The position numbers were made by a program, and so were the translations under genes. A stretch of 64,000 nt of DNA from Candidatus Multivoraceae bacterium (GTDB lineage Bacteria; Acidobacteriota; Thermoanaerobaculia; Multivoradales; Multivoraceae): the NCBI GenBank assembly GCA_965223385.1, contig CBDCWR010000006.1, positions 27,369-91,368 of the forward strand, given 5' to 3'. This document shows positions 46,796 through 55,964 of the stretch, in pieces. Below the pieces are notes generated by a model that saw only the letters and a program-made list of their open reading frames with translations, did not search any database and was not told the DNA's origin. How positions within the stretch are numbered: the first letter of the stretch is position 1; every line of letters starts with the position of its first letter.

Positions 46796-49279
46796 CTAGG
46801 TGATGACGCCGCGAGAGCGGAGGTCCTCGAGCTCGGCGGCGCTCACTCCGAGCGCGCCCAGAACGAGATCGTTGTGCTCCCCGAGCAGGGGTGCGTGCCG
46901 TGGCGTCAGGTCGTGGCCGCGCAGCTGAAACGGCGCTCCCGGGAGAACGAGCTCACCCAGCTGCGGATGCTCGACCGTGGCGAAGGAGCCACGCTCGCGC
47001 AGGTGGGAGTCGGCGTAGAGATCTTTGGCGTCGCGCACCGGCGCCGCGACCAGACCTGCCCCGTTGAGGGTGCGGGCGAGAAAGTCGCGGTCGCGCTCGC
47101 GGGTCCAGGCTTCGATCGTCTGGTCGAGCGCGGCCTCGTGCTCCTTGCGCGCCGCGTTGGTCGCAAACCTCGGGTCTTCGGCGAGGCTGGGCTGCTCCAT
47201 GACCTCGCAGAGCGTGCGGAAGTCGTCGTCGGTGTGCACCTCGAGCGCGATCCAGCGATCGACACCCCACGTGCGGTACACGCTGTGAGGAGCAACGCGC
47301 GGATGCGCATTGCCCATGCGCTCGGCGACGTTCCCCGTGAGCTGGGCGTCGAGGAGGACCTCGCCGATCAGCGACGTCACGCCCTCGCACTGGGAGTAGT
47401 CGATGAACTGCCCTTCGCCCGTCTGCTTGCGGTGGTGCAGGGCGGCGACCACGGAAAAGGCTAGGGTGATCGCGTTGAGCAGGTCGACGTCACCGCCGCT
47501 GTGCGTGGGGTGATCGTCGGGATAGCCGGAGATGTAGGCGCCTCCGCCCACGGCCTGGTGGACCATCGCATAACCGAGATACTCCGACTCGGGCCCGCCG
47601 TGACCGCGCCCGGACGAAGACGCCACCACGAGCTCGGGCTTCAGCGCGAGCAGGTCTTCGGGGCCGAGGCCGAGCTTTCCGAGCGCGCCCGGGCGCATGT
47701 TGTCGTAGACCACGTCGCAGCTCGCGGCCAGCCGTCGGGCCAGCTCTCGCCCCTCCTCCTGCGTGAGATCGAGGGTCACCGAGCGCTTGCCCAGGTTCAT
47801 CGTGTTGTAGGCCATCCCCTCTTCCGGACCGATGGAGAACGGCTGTTCTTCGTGCCGCGGCCAGAGCACGGAGCGGCGCGTGAGGTCGAGGCGCTTGGGT
47901 CCTTCGACCTTGATCACCTCGGCGCCGAGCATGGAGAGGAGCACTCCGGCGTAGGGTCCGGCCCAGACCCAGGTGAGCTCGAGCACGCGAATGCCGTCGA
48001 GAGGGAGGGTGCTGCGGTTGGCACCCCCGTCGCGACCCGCTGGGTCGCGCTCGTCTTCGGCCGTCGGCTCCCGGCGGTTGCGATCTCCACCTGAGCCGCG
48101 GGTGGCACCTTCCTTGTCGAGCTCCGTGCGTACCTCCTCCTCGTGCTCGCCGAGGCGCGGTGCGTGGCGCCCGATCGTGGGCCGCGAGGCGCCCATGCGA
48201 TATGGCCAGCCCGGGTAGCGCAAGACCCCCGTGCCGGGATGATCGACCTCCACGAAGTAGTCGCGCGCCTCGTACTGCGCGTACGACATGACGTCGTCTG
48301 CGCTGTAGATCGGCCCGCACGGAATCCCGACACCCGCCGCGCGGTGGTACAGGTCGTCGCGGTCCTGCGTGAGTGCCCACTCGTCGACGCGCGTCGCAAA
48401 CTCGAACAGGTGGTGCACGCGGTACGTCATGTCGAGCCACTCGTCGCCCGCGCACCAGTCCGGGTTGCCCATGAGCTCGCGAAAGAGGGCGAAGTGATGG
48501 TCGTCGAAGGCGTTGAGGATGATGTAGCCACCACCCTTCGTCTGGAGGCGGCCCATGGCGGGAGGCCGGTCCGGGACGCGGCACCAGCTGCTCTCGTGGT
48601 AGCGGACGCCGGCGACCATCGGCGCCATGAGCGACACCATGACGTCCTGCAGCGACACGTCGACGAGGCCTCCGGCGGGTGCGTCGTGCCGGCGCTGCAG
48701 CAGGATCGATGCGGTTGCGAGTGCCGCCACCAGCGCGCCCTGGTAGCTCACCTGGTAGCCGCCGAGCATGACCGGCGCGCGCTCCGTGTCGCGGCACCGG
48801 ATCGGGAGCATGCTGAAGAGGCCGCCGCCGTGGCCGAGCGTGAGCTCACCTCCGGGCACCTGGCTCCGCGGACCGGTGAGGCCGTACGGTGTGATGCAGG
48901 TCACCAGCAGGTGGTCGAGCGCGTGGGGGTCGCCGAGATGCGCCTGAGCCAGATCGGTGAGCCCGAGATCCTCGGGGGTGCGATCCGTGACGACGGCGTC
49001 GGCGCGGGCCAGCAGGCGCGCCACGAGCTCACGACCTTCTTCGGTCTCGAGGTCGGCGACGACGCTGCGCTTGCTCGTATTGCAGTACAGGAAGAGCGGC
49101 GACGTCTCGGGCGACGCGCCGAGCGCCCGCGAGGTGTCGCCCGAAGGCGGCTCGACCTTGACGACGTCGGCACCGAAGTCGGCGAGAAGCTTGGTGCAGT
49201 AGGGGCCGGCGACGGAGTGGGCGATCTCGACGATGCGCAGGCCGGCGAATGGGCCCGCCGGGGGAGATTCAGCGGTCAC
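46796..49279 (-). CDS. Two-domain family III CoA-transferase (fused BbsEF-like architecture)
   Basis: Two CaiB repeats (FGADVVKVEPP / LGAEVIKVE, each ending AP.LGEH); catalytic-position Asp apparent only in the second half. Confidence 0.92.
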   Translation of the reverse strand: MTAESPPAGPFAGLRIVEIAHSVAGPYCTKLLADFGADVVKVEPPSGDTSRALGASPETSPLFLYCNTSKRSVVADLETEEGRELVARLLARADAVVTDRTPEDLGLTDLAQAHLGDPHALDHLLVTCITPYGLTGPRSQVPGGELTLGHGGGLFSMLPIRCRDTERAPVMLGGYQVSYQGALVAALATASILLQRRHDAPAGGLVDVSLQDVMVSLMAPMVAGVRYHESSWCRVPDRPPAMGRLQTKGGGYIILNAFDDHHFALFRELMGNPDWCAGDEWLDMTYRVHHLFEFATRVDEWALTQDRDDLYHRAAGVGIPCGPIYSADDVMSYAQYEARDYFVEVDHPGTGVLRYPGWPYRMGASRPTIGRHAPRLGEHEEEVRTELDKEGATRGSGGDRNRREPTAEDERDPAGRDGGANRSTLPLDGIRVLELTWVWAGPYAGVLLSMLGAEVIKVEGPKRLDLTRRSVLWPRHEEQPFSIGPEEGMAYNTMNLGKRSVTLDLTQEEGRELARRLAASCDVVYDNMRPGALGKLGLGPEDLLALKPELVVASSSGRGHGGPESEYLGYAMVHQAVGGGAYISGYPDDHPTHSGGDVDLLNAITLAFSVVAALHHRKQTGEGQFIDYSQCEGVTSLIGEVLLDAQLTGNVAERMGNAHPRVAPHSVYRTWGVDRWIALEVHTDDDFRTLCEVMEQPSLAEDPRFATNAARKEHEAALDQTIEAWTRERDRDFLARTLNGAGLVAAPVRDAKDLYADSHLRERGSFATVEHPQLGELVLPGAPFQLRGHDLTPRHAPLLGEHNDLVLGALGVSAAELEDLRSRGVIT

Positions 49280-49402
49280 GGTGTCCTCGTGGCGATCGAA
49301 AGTGGCCCGCCAGTCTACAGCTCGCTGGGTTTGGGCCCCGTGGCGTCGGTTTCCGAGAGAACCTCTCTTGGGAGAGGCGGGCGCGGCGCTGCCGCACGAG
49401 GG

Positions 49403-51058
49403 TTACCCGCGGCGAATCGTGTAGCTGTGGTACGGCTCGAGCGTGTCGATGGCTTCGGGAGGCGCTGGCTCTCTCCAGCGGAAGAGGCGGACGCGGACCT
49501 CTCCCGGCGTGATGTCGAGGAGGGTGAAGCCGTTCTTCTCCTCCACCTCGGCATGCGTCTCGTGCACGACGTCCGTGGCGGGGAGCGGCTTCGTGCCGCG
49601 CGCGGCCGAGGGCCAGGTGCGGCGACTGCCGACCGGACCGGTCAGCACGGCGTGGACCGGGTTGCCGCGCAGGTCGAGGTCTTTGCTGCGGGTGATGGAG
49701 GCGTGGCCCACGGCGTGGAGGTCTCCTGAAAGGACCACGGCCGGCCGTTTCTCTTGTGCGCTGAGGCTCTCGAGCAGACGCTGGTGCTGCGTCCACCAGC
49801 CCGCCTGCCAGAAGAACTTGTCGCGCGCCGTGGTGAGCTCGAAGCTCCCGACGTCGACGCCGATGCGCGAGACCGCCTCCTCGCCGTCTCCACCGTCGTC
49901 GGCCACGTCGGGGTACCACTCGCGCCACTTGCCGGCCGACCAGCCGAAGGGGTGCGACGGCACGTGCACGAGCTGCGCGACGCTCTCGTCGCGGGTGCGC
50001 TGGTGGAGCCAGGCTTCGGCATCGGGTGGTACCAGCCCTGCGTGCCGACCCTTGAGCGAGAGGAAGCGGGCGCAGTCGTAGATCAACGCCTCCGCGAGCC
50101 TGCCGTAGCGGAAGGTGCCGAACGCCTCCGAGATACCGGACGCCCGGTCTCCCGCGCCGGAGCCGGCCAGCGCCAAGGGGCGCTCCGGGTCCGGCAGGAA
50201 CTCGGGGAAGTAGAGCTGGCGCGTGAAGCGTGCGAAGTCGACCTGATAGTGCTCCGGTGGAAACGTCACCATGTTGTGGTCGGCGTCGTCGTTCTCGTAG
50301 TAGTCGTGGTCGTCGCTCACGAAGTACGAGGGCACGGAGCGCAGCATCACGCCGTAGAGCTCGGCGATCTGCGGCCCGGCGAGTGCCTTGATCGACTGCT
50401 CGTTGCGCGTCCCGAAGGCGGGGAGGGTGCGGTCGAGCCAGCCGACCTGCTCGTAGAACGCACGGGTGGCACGGCCGCGCGCCTCGCCGCGGTTCTCCAG
50501 GTTCGTGCGCTGGTCCCAGTAGATGTGGTCGCCGATCGCGATCGCGGCCTGCGGCCGGAACGAGAGCGCCCGCCGGAGCAGCCGTCGCCGAACGTCCAGC
50601 GGCAGGAAGAAGGGGTCGTCGCCGCCGGAGTCGGGGTGTCCCCCTGCGCAGGTGAAGGCGAGCAGCCGCACGCGCTCGGCCTCCCTACCCGGAGCCGGAA
50701 AGGTGAGGAGGGGCCACGGGTCGCAGAGACGGGAGGCTCCGCCGAGCAGCTCGAGGGCGTACTCCGTGTCGGGCTCGAGGCCCTCCACGTCGAAACTGAA
50801 GAACCGTCGCTCGGAGCAGGTGCTACGCCCGGCGATGCGGCGCCCGGCGATGCGCAGCTCGGGCTCCCTGTCGAGAGGTCGGGCGAACGAGCACTTGATC
50901 GCGATGCGCTCGTGGTTCGCTGCGGGGATGAGGTGCGAGAGCTCGCCGGCGTTCCAGCCGTCGTCGGGCTGAGCGCGGCCGGGCTGGAAGGCGGTCCCGC
51001 CCGCTGCCGCAGCGGCCGTGGCCAGGAAGCGTCTCCGAGTCCACTCGGAGTGGCTCAT
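49403..51058 (-). CDS. Tat-exported PhoD-like metallophosphoesterase
   Basis: TRRRFL Tat motif; GDHIYWD, DDHDYYEND, LSGDLH, NGF. Start ATG 51058. Confidence 0.75.
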   Translation of the reverse strand: MSHSEWTRRRFLATAAAAAGGTAFQPGRAQPDDGWNAGELSHLIPAANHERIAIKCSFARPLDREPELRIAGRRIAGRSTCSERRFFSFDVEGLEPDTEYALELLGGASRLCDPWPLLTFPAPGREAERVRLLAFTCAGGHPDSGGDDPFFLPLDVRRRLLRRALSFRPQAAIAIGDHIYWDQRTNLENRGEARGRATRAFYEQVGWLDRTLPAFGTRNEQSIKALAGPQIAELYGVMLRSVPSYFVSDDHDYYENDDADHNMVTFPPEHYQVDFARFTRQLYFPEFLPDPERPLALAGSGAGDRASGISEAFGTFRYGRLAEALIYDCARFLSLKGRHAGLVPPDAEAWLHQRTRDESVAQLVHVPSHPFGWSAGKWREWYPDVADDGGDGEEAVSRIGVDVGSFELTTARDKFFWQAGWWTQHQRLLESLSAQEKRPAVVLSGDLHAVGHASITRSKDLDLRGNPVHAVLTGPVGSRRTWPSAARGTKPLPATDVVHETHAEVEEKNGFTLLDITPGEVRVRLFRWREPAPPEAIDTLEPYHSYTIRRG

Positions 51059-51180
51059 GGTGGCTGTCCTCGGGTCTGGGGTTCGCCGCGACTCTATCGG
51101 GGCCCGGCGCGCGGCCCGGTACAATCGCCGCCGCACTCCAACCTCCTGCACGAAGAGCCTCCACCAGAAAGGGCCACCGC

Positions 51181-52038
51181 ATGGGCTTTGAAACCATTCA
51201 GCACGATCTCGAAGACAACATCCTGACGGTCACCCTGAACCGGCCCGAGCGGCTCAACGCCTTCAACGGCCAGATGCAGGCCGAGATGATCGAGACGTTC
51301 CGGGGTGCCAACACCGACGACGACGTCCGCGCGATCATCGTCACCGGGCAGGGCCGGGGCTTCTGTGCCGGAGCCGATCTGGGCGCGGGAGCCGACACCT
51401 TCAACGTGTCCAAACGCCCGGGAGCGGGCGAGAAGACGTGGCGCGACGGCGGCGGGCTGCTGACGCTTGCGATCTACGACTGTCTGAAGCCGGTGATTGC
51501 CGCCGTCAACGGCCCGGCAGTGGGCGTCGGAATGACGATGCAGCTGCCGATGGACGTGCGCCTGGCGTCCAAGAACGCCCGCTTCGGCTTCGTCTTCGCG
51601 CGTCGTGGCCTGGTGATGGAGGCGTGCTCGAGCTGGTTCCTGCCGCGGCTCGTAGGCATGCAGCAGGCCGCGCAGTGGGCCTACAGCGGCAGGGTGTTCG
51701 ATGCACAGGAGGCCTTCGACGGAGGCCTCGTCTCCGAGCTCCTGGAGCCGGAGGAGCTGCTGCCCAGGGCGCGCGAGATCGCAAAAGACATGACCGAGAG
51801 CTCGTCCGCGGTGTCGGTGGCACTCATGCGCCAGATGATGTGGCGCATGCTCGGTGCGGACCACCCGATGGAGGCCCACAAGGTCGACACGCGGGGCATC
51901 TCCACCCTCGGCAAGATGGCCGACGCGGCCGAAGGCGTGACGTCGTTCCTCGAGAAGCGCCCGCCCGAGTTCGAGCTCAAGGTATCGGAGGACCTCCCGG
52001 ACTTCTTCCCATGGTGGGACGAGCCACGGTTCCGGTAG
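51181..52038 (+). CDS. Enoyl-CoA hydratase/crotonase family protein
   Basis: LNRPERLNA, FCAGADL, KPVIAAVNGPAVGVG, SFLEKRPP. Confidence 0.95.
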   Translation: MGFETIQHDLEDNILTVTLNRPERLNAFNGQMQAEMIETFRGANTDDDVRAIIVTGQGRGFCAGADLGAGADTFNVSKRPGAGEKTWRDGGGLLTLAIYDCLKPVIAAVNGPAVGVGMTMQLPMDVRLASKNARFGFVFARRGLVMEACSSWFLPRLVGMQQAAQWAYSGRVFDAQEAFDGGLVSELLEPEELLPRAREIAKDMTESSSAVSVALMRQMMWRMLGADHPMEAHKVDTRGISTLGKMADAAEGVTSFLEKRPPEFELKVSEDLPDFFPWWDEPRFR

Positions 52039-52132
52039 GAGGGGCGTGCTGGTAGCACGCCCTCCGACCTCGTGTGGATTCTCCAGCCGCTTGCGCGGCT
52101 TTCGCGCAGCGCGCCTCCGGCGCGCGCTTGAC
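52034..52132 (-). repeat. Inverted copy of three-hairpin intergenic repeat
   Basis: Reverse complement reads GTCAAGCGCGCGCCGGAGGCGCGCTGCGCGAAAGCCGCGCAAGCGGCTGGAG...GGCGTGCTACCAGCACGCC. Confidence 0.85.
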
Positions 52133-52371
52133 GAGACCTTGGGCTGACGCGGCTCTCTCTGGACCCATCGACAAGTCGCGGAACTGTTCACCCCGCCGAG
52201 CACTGCCCAGCGCGGCCGAACGCCGTTGCGCGGAACTCTCCGGCAACCAGGCGGAGCCTGGGTGGCGGAGTGACCGCCGTGCGCTGGGAGCGACAGCGAC
52301 CAGCTCGCAAGAAGCCGCGGAGCGGCTGGAGCATCGACCAGGATGCGCGCAGGTGTGGCATTCGCCACACC

Positions 52372-52757
52372 GGCCAAGCGCGCGCCGCAGGCGCGCTGCG
52401 CGGAAGCCGCGCCAGCGGCTGGAGCATCGACCAGGGCGCCCGGAGCCGTGGTACCACCACGGCGAGGACAGGCCAAGCGCGGCCGAAGGCCGCTGCGCGG
52501 AAGCCGCGCAGCGGCTGGAGCATCGACCAGGGCGCCCGGAGCCGTGGTACCACCACGGCGAGGACAGGCCAAGCGCGGCCGAAGGCCGCTGCGCGGAAGC
52601 CGCGGAGCGGCTGGAGCATCGACCAGAGCGCCCGGAGCCGTGGTACCACCACGGCGAGGACAGGCCAAGCGCGGCCGAAGGCCGCTGCGCGGAAGCCGCG
52701 CAGCGGCTGGAGCATCGACCAGAGCGCCCGGAGCCGTGGTACCACCACGGCGAGGAC
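52372..52757 (+). repeat. Tandem array of four ~96-bp three-hairpin units (plus partial copies at ~52205-52235 and 52311-52371)
   Basis: Units start at 52372, 52471, 52567 and 52663; GGAGCATCGA recurs at 52421, 52517, 52613 and 52709 (96-bp period). Confidence 0.95.
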
Positions 52758-52758
52758 G

Positions 52759-54084
52759 CTAGTCCACGATGGACTGGTAGACGAGGTTCTTGAACTCGGT
52801 GCCGAACTGCAGCCCGGTGTGCGGCAGCACCTGCACCATGAAGAGCCCGATGAGCTCTTCTTTCGGGTCGATCCAGAACCGCGTTCCCGCGGCACCACCC
52901 CAGCTGTACTCGCCCGCGGAGCCGAGGTTGCCGGACAGGCCGGGCTCGCGGATGACGCGGAAGGTGAGGCCGAAGCCGTCGTTCGGGCCGATGAGGGCGC
53001 CAACGCGCGGTAGGTCCCCGATGTGGTCGGCCGACATCAGCTCGACCGACTTGCGGCTCAGGAGCCGCTGGCCGTCGAGCTCACCGCCGTTGAGCAGCAT
53101 CTGGCAGAAGCGGAGGTAGTCGCCCACCGAAGAGACGAGGCCGGAGCCGCCGCCGAGCATGGCGGGCTTCTTCTTGTACGACTCCTGCGGTGGTCCCGCG
53201 TGGCGCGCGATCTGACCCGCGTCGGCGGGCGTGTACAGCACGGTCAGCCGATCGTGCTTCTGTTCCGGCACCCAGTGCGCCGTGTCCGTCATGCCGAGGG
53301 GTTCGAAGATGCGCTCCTGCAGGAACTCGTCGTAGGTCTGGCCCGACATCACCTCGACCAGTGCGGCCAGCACGTCCTGGCTCAGGCCGTACTGCCACAC
53401 CTCGCCGGGATGGTTGTGCAGCGGCGCCTCGCCGAGACCGCGCGCCATGTCGCCGATGGAGAAGTCGGCGCCGCCGCGCCCCGCGATCTGCTGGTAGTAG
53501 CGCTTACCCTGCGCGTCGACCGGGCCCGCGTAGCTGATGCCCGCAGTGTGGGTGAGGAGGTGGCGGATCGTGATGTCGCGCTTGGCTGGCTCGAGGCGGT
53601 GCCGCGGGGCGCCGGTTCCGGGATCGGTGTCGTGCACCACGACCTGCATGTCGCCGAGCTCGGGAATCCAGCGCTTGGCGGGCGTCGACAATGGCCAACC
53701 CTGCTCCTCGTGCAGCATCATCACCGCCACGCCGGTGACCGCCTTGGTCATGGAGTACATGCGGAAGAGGTGGTCCGTGCGCATGTCGATCTTGCTCTCG
53801 CGGTCGGCGTGGCCCCACGTTTCGAGGTAGGCGACCTTGCCGCGCCGGGCGATGAGCCCGATGGCGCCGGCCATGTGGCCGTCATCGACGTGCGCCTGCA
53901 TCACAGCGCCGATCCGCTCCAGCCGTTCGGCGGAGAGGCCGACGGCAGCCGGCTGCGTGCTCGGCAGGGCAGACCACTCCGCGTCTTTCTCAGCGGTGTT
54001 GGCAGCGCCGAGCGCCGCCGTGGTGAGGAGCACCAGGAGGGTCGCGAGAACGAGTCCGAACGTGGAGCGGTGCGAACGATGCAT
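52759..54084 (-). CDS. Secreted serine hydrolase (beta-lactamase class C/esterase VIII-like)
   Basis: SMTK (SxxK), LLTHTAG, WQYG, WGG; signal peptide. Start ATG 54084. Confidence 0.92.
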   Translation of the reverse strand: MHRSHRSTFGLVLATLLVLLTTAALGAANTAEKDAEWSALPSTQPAAVGLSAERLERIGAVMQAHVDDGHMAGAIGLIARRGKVAYLETWGHADRESKIDMRTDHLFRMYSMTKAVTGVAVMMLHEEQGWPLSTPAKRWIPELGDMQVVVHDTDPGTGAPRHRLEPAKRDITIRHLLTHTAGISYAGPVDAQGKRYYQQIAGRGGADFSIGDMARGLGEAPLHNHPGEVWQYGLSQDVLAALVEVMSGQTYDEFLQERIFEPLGMTDTAHWVPEQKHDRLTVLYTPADAGQIARHAGPPQESYKKKPAMLGGGSGLVSSVGDYLRFCQMLLNGGELDGQRLLSRKSVELMSADHIGDLPRVGALIGPNDGFGLTFRVIREPGLSGNLGSAGEYSWGGAAGTRFWIDPKEELIGLFMVQVLPHTGLQFGTEFKNLVYQSIVD

Positions 54085-54299
54085 GAGATCTCCCTTCGTC
54101 AGGCAGCGCAAGCCGCAGCTTCGTCGTAGGAACGGAGCGCCTGGCGCTGCGTGAGCATCTTGGACGGGGTCTCCCCAGATTGTACGCCGCGGGCCTGATG
54201 CTACGAGCGCTCATTGCGTCGGCGCGTCACAACGGAGTCGGAAACTGGATGAGCGCAAGATGGTTGGCCCCAGGCGAGCCTCTGGTCGCAGCAGGGTCG

Positions 54300-54512
54300 G
54301 GTCAAGCGCAGCCGAAGGCTGCTGCGCGGAAGCCGCGCGAGCGGCTGGAGCATCGAGATGATTTCCTAGGGTGTGCTAGCAGCACCTCTCAGGGTGGTCC
54401 GCGTGCCTTCTGGCCAAGCGCGGCCGCAGGCCGCTGCGCGGAAGCCGCGCGAGCGGCTGGAGCATCGAGATGATTTCCTAGGGTGTGCTAGCTAGCACAC
54501 CCTAGGAAATCA
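54300..54512 (+). repeat. Two further copies of the hairpin repeat ending in a perfect 42-bp palindrome
   Basis: Cores at 54300 and 54412; TGATTTCCTAGGGTGTGCTAG|CTAGCACACCCTAGGAAATCA at 54471-54512. Confidence 0.92.
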
Positions 54513-55941
54513 CGTTGTCGACGACGACGCCGGCGACGTCGGTGAGCCGGAAGTCGCGCCCCTGCGACTTGTAGGTGAGGCGCTCGTGGTCGAGCCCCAT
54601 CAGGTGCAGGATCGTGGCGTGGAGATCGTGGATGTGCACCTTGTCTTCCACGGCGTAGTAGCCGTAGTCGTCGGTTGCACCGTGGCTGAAACCGGGTTTC
54701 GTGCCGCCACCGGCCATGAACATGGTGTAGCCGTGCGGGTTGTGGTCGCGCCCGTTGCGCGCGCCGTGCTCGGCGCCGGGCGTCCGGCCGAACTCACCGC
54801 CCCAGAGCACCAGCGTCTCGTCGAGCAGCCCCCGCGACTTGAGATCGCGGATGAGGCCGGCAACCGGCTTGTCGATCTCGGCGCAGCTCTGCGGCAGGCC
54901 GGTGATCAGGCCGGAGTGGTGGTCCCACTTCGAGTCGGGCCCGTGGGTCGCCTGCACGAACCGCACACCCGACTCGGAGAACCGACGCGCGAGCAGGCAG
55001 CGCAGGCCAAAGTCCTGCGTGACCGGATCGTCCAGCCCGTAGAGCTTCTTCGTCGCGTCCGACTCTCCCTCGATGCTCATCAGGTCGGGCGCCTCGGTCT
55101 GCATCTTGAAGGCGAGCTCGAACGACTCGATCCGACCCTCGAGCGCCAGGTCCGGCCCCGTCTGCTCGAGCTGGCGCCTCTGCCAGGTCTGCAGCAGGTC
55201 GAGCTGCCGGCGCTGCTCGCTCTTCGACAGCTGCGCGTTCTCGAGAAAGTCGATCGTGGCGTCCTCGGTCTTCATGCGCGTCGTGCCGATCGGCGTGCCA
55301 TTGAACGCCTCGGGCAGGAAGGCCGACGAGTAGTTCTGCACGCCGCCGTGCTGGTACGAAGGGCAGATCGTCATGAAGCCCGGCAGGTTCTCGTTCTCCG
55401 TGCCGAGTCCGTAGGCGATCCACGAGCCCATGCTCGGGCGCACGAAGCGATCCGAGCCGGTGTTCATGGCGAGGATCGCACCGCCGTGTGCTGCGTTGGT
55501 GCCCCACATCGAGCGGATGAAGCACAGCTCGTCCACGACGCTCGCGATGTTCGGGAGCAGCTCGCTCACCCAGGCGCCCGACTCGCCGTGCTGCTCGAAC
55601 TCCCACGGGCTCTTGAAGAGGTTGCCCGTCTGGCTGAACTGCACCCGCGGCTTGGCGAACGGCAGCGGCTTGTTGTCGTCGCGGATCAGGAGTGGCTTGT
55701 ACTCGAAGAGGTCGTGCTGCGAGGGACCGCCGTGCATGTGCAGGAAGATGATGCGCTTGGCCTTCGGCGCGAAGTGAGGCGCCTTGGGGGCGAGCGGGTT
55801 CACCGCGTTGGCGTCGGTCGTGGCGGCGTGGAGATCGCGCTGGAGGAGCGAGCTGAGAGCCAGCGTGCCAAACCCGCAGCCGCAGGTCTTGAGCATGTCG
55901 CGCCGCGTGAGGGGTGGAGGCTGGACGTGGGGAAAGCGCAT
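54502..55941 (-). CDS. DUF1501 (Planctomycete-type sulfatase-like) protein, Tat-exported
   Basis: TRRDML; AKRIIFLHMHGGPSQ, CLLARR..E.GVRFV, WDHH, GEFGRTP, GRDH, DLHATILHLMG. Start ATG 55941. Confidence 0.92.
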   Translation of the reverse strand: MRFPHVQPPPLTRRDMLKTCGCGFGTLALSSLLQRDLHAATTDANAVNPLAPKAPHFAPKAKRIIFLHMHGGPSQHDLFEYKPLLIRDDNKPLPFAKPRVQFSQTGNLFKSPWEFEQHGESGAWVSELLPNIASVVDELCFIRSMWGTNAAHGGAILAMNTGSDRFVRPSMGSWIAYGLGTENENLPGFMTICPSYQHGGVQNYSSAFLPEAFNGTPIGTTRMKTEDATIDFLENAQLSKSEQRRQLDLLQTWQRRQLEQTGPDLALEGRIESFELAFKMQTEAPDLMSIEGESDATKKLYGLDDPVTQDFGLRCLLARRFSESGVRFVQATHGPDSKWDHHSGLITGLPQSCAEIDKPVAGLIRDLKSRGLLDETLVLWGGEFGRTPGAEHGARNGRDHNPHGYTMFMAGGGTKPGFSHGATDDYGYYAVEDKVHIHDLHATILHLMGLDHERLTYKSQGRDFRLTDVAGVVVDNVIS

Positions 55942-55964
55942 GGTCAGGTCCTCGTGGGAGGTTC

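Noticed and set aside
52311-52757. CRISPR array interpretation of the tandem repeat
   Set aside because: The intervening segments are near-identical rather than unique spacers, the conserved core is ~56 bp, copies are dispersed and inverted, and no cas gene is in the window.
51094-53013. ORFs crossing the repeat (51094-52668 -, 52074-52793 +, 52188-53003 -, 52270-53013 +, 52343-52762 +)
   Set aside because: They arise from a stop-free 96-bp unit, overlap real genes, and have Arg/Ala/Pro-rich non-protein-like composition.
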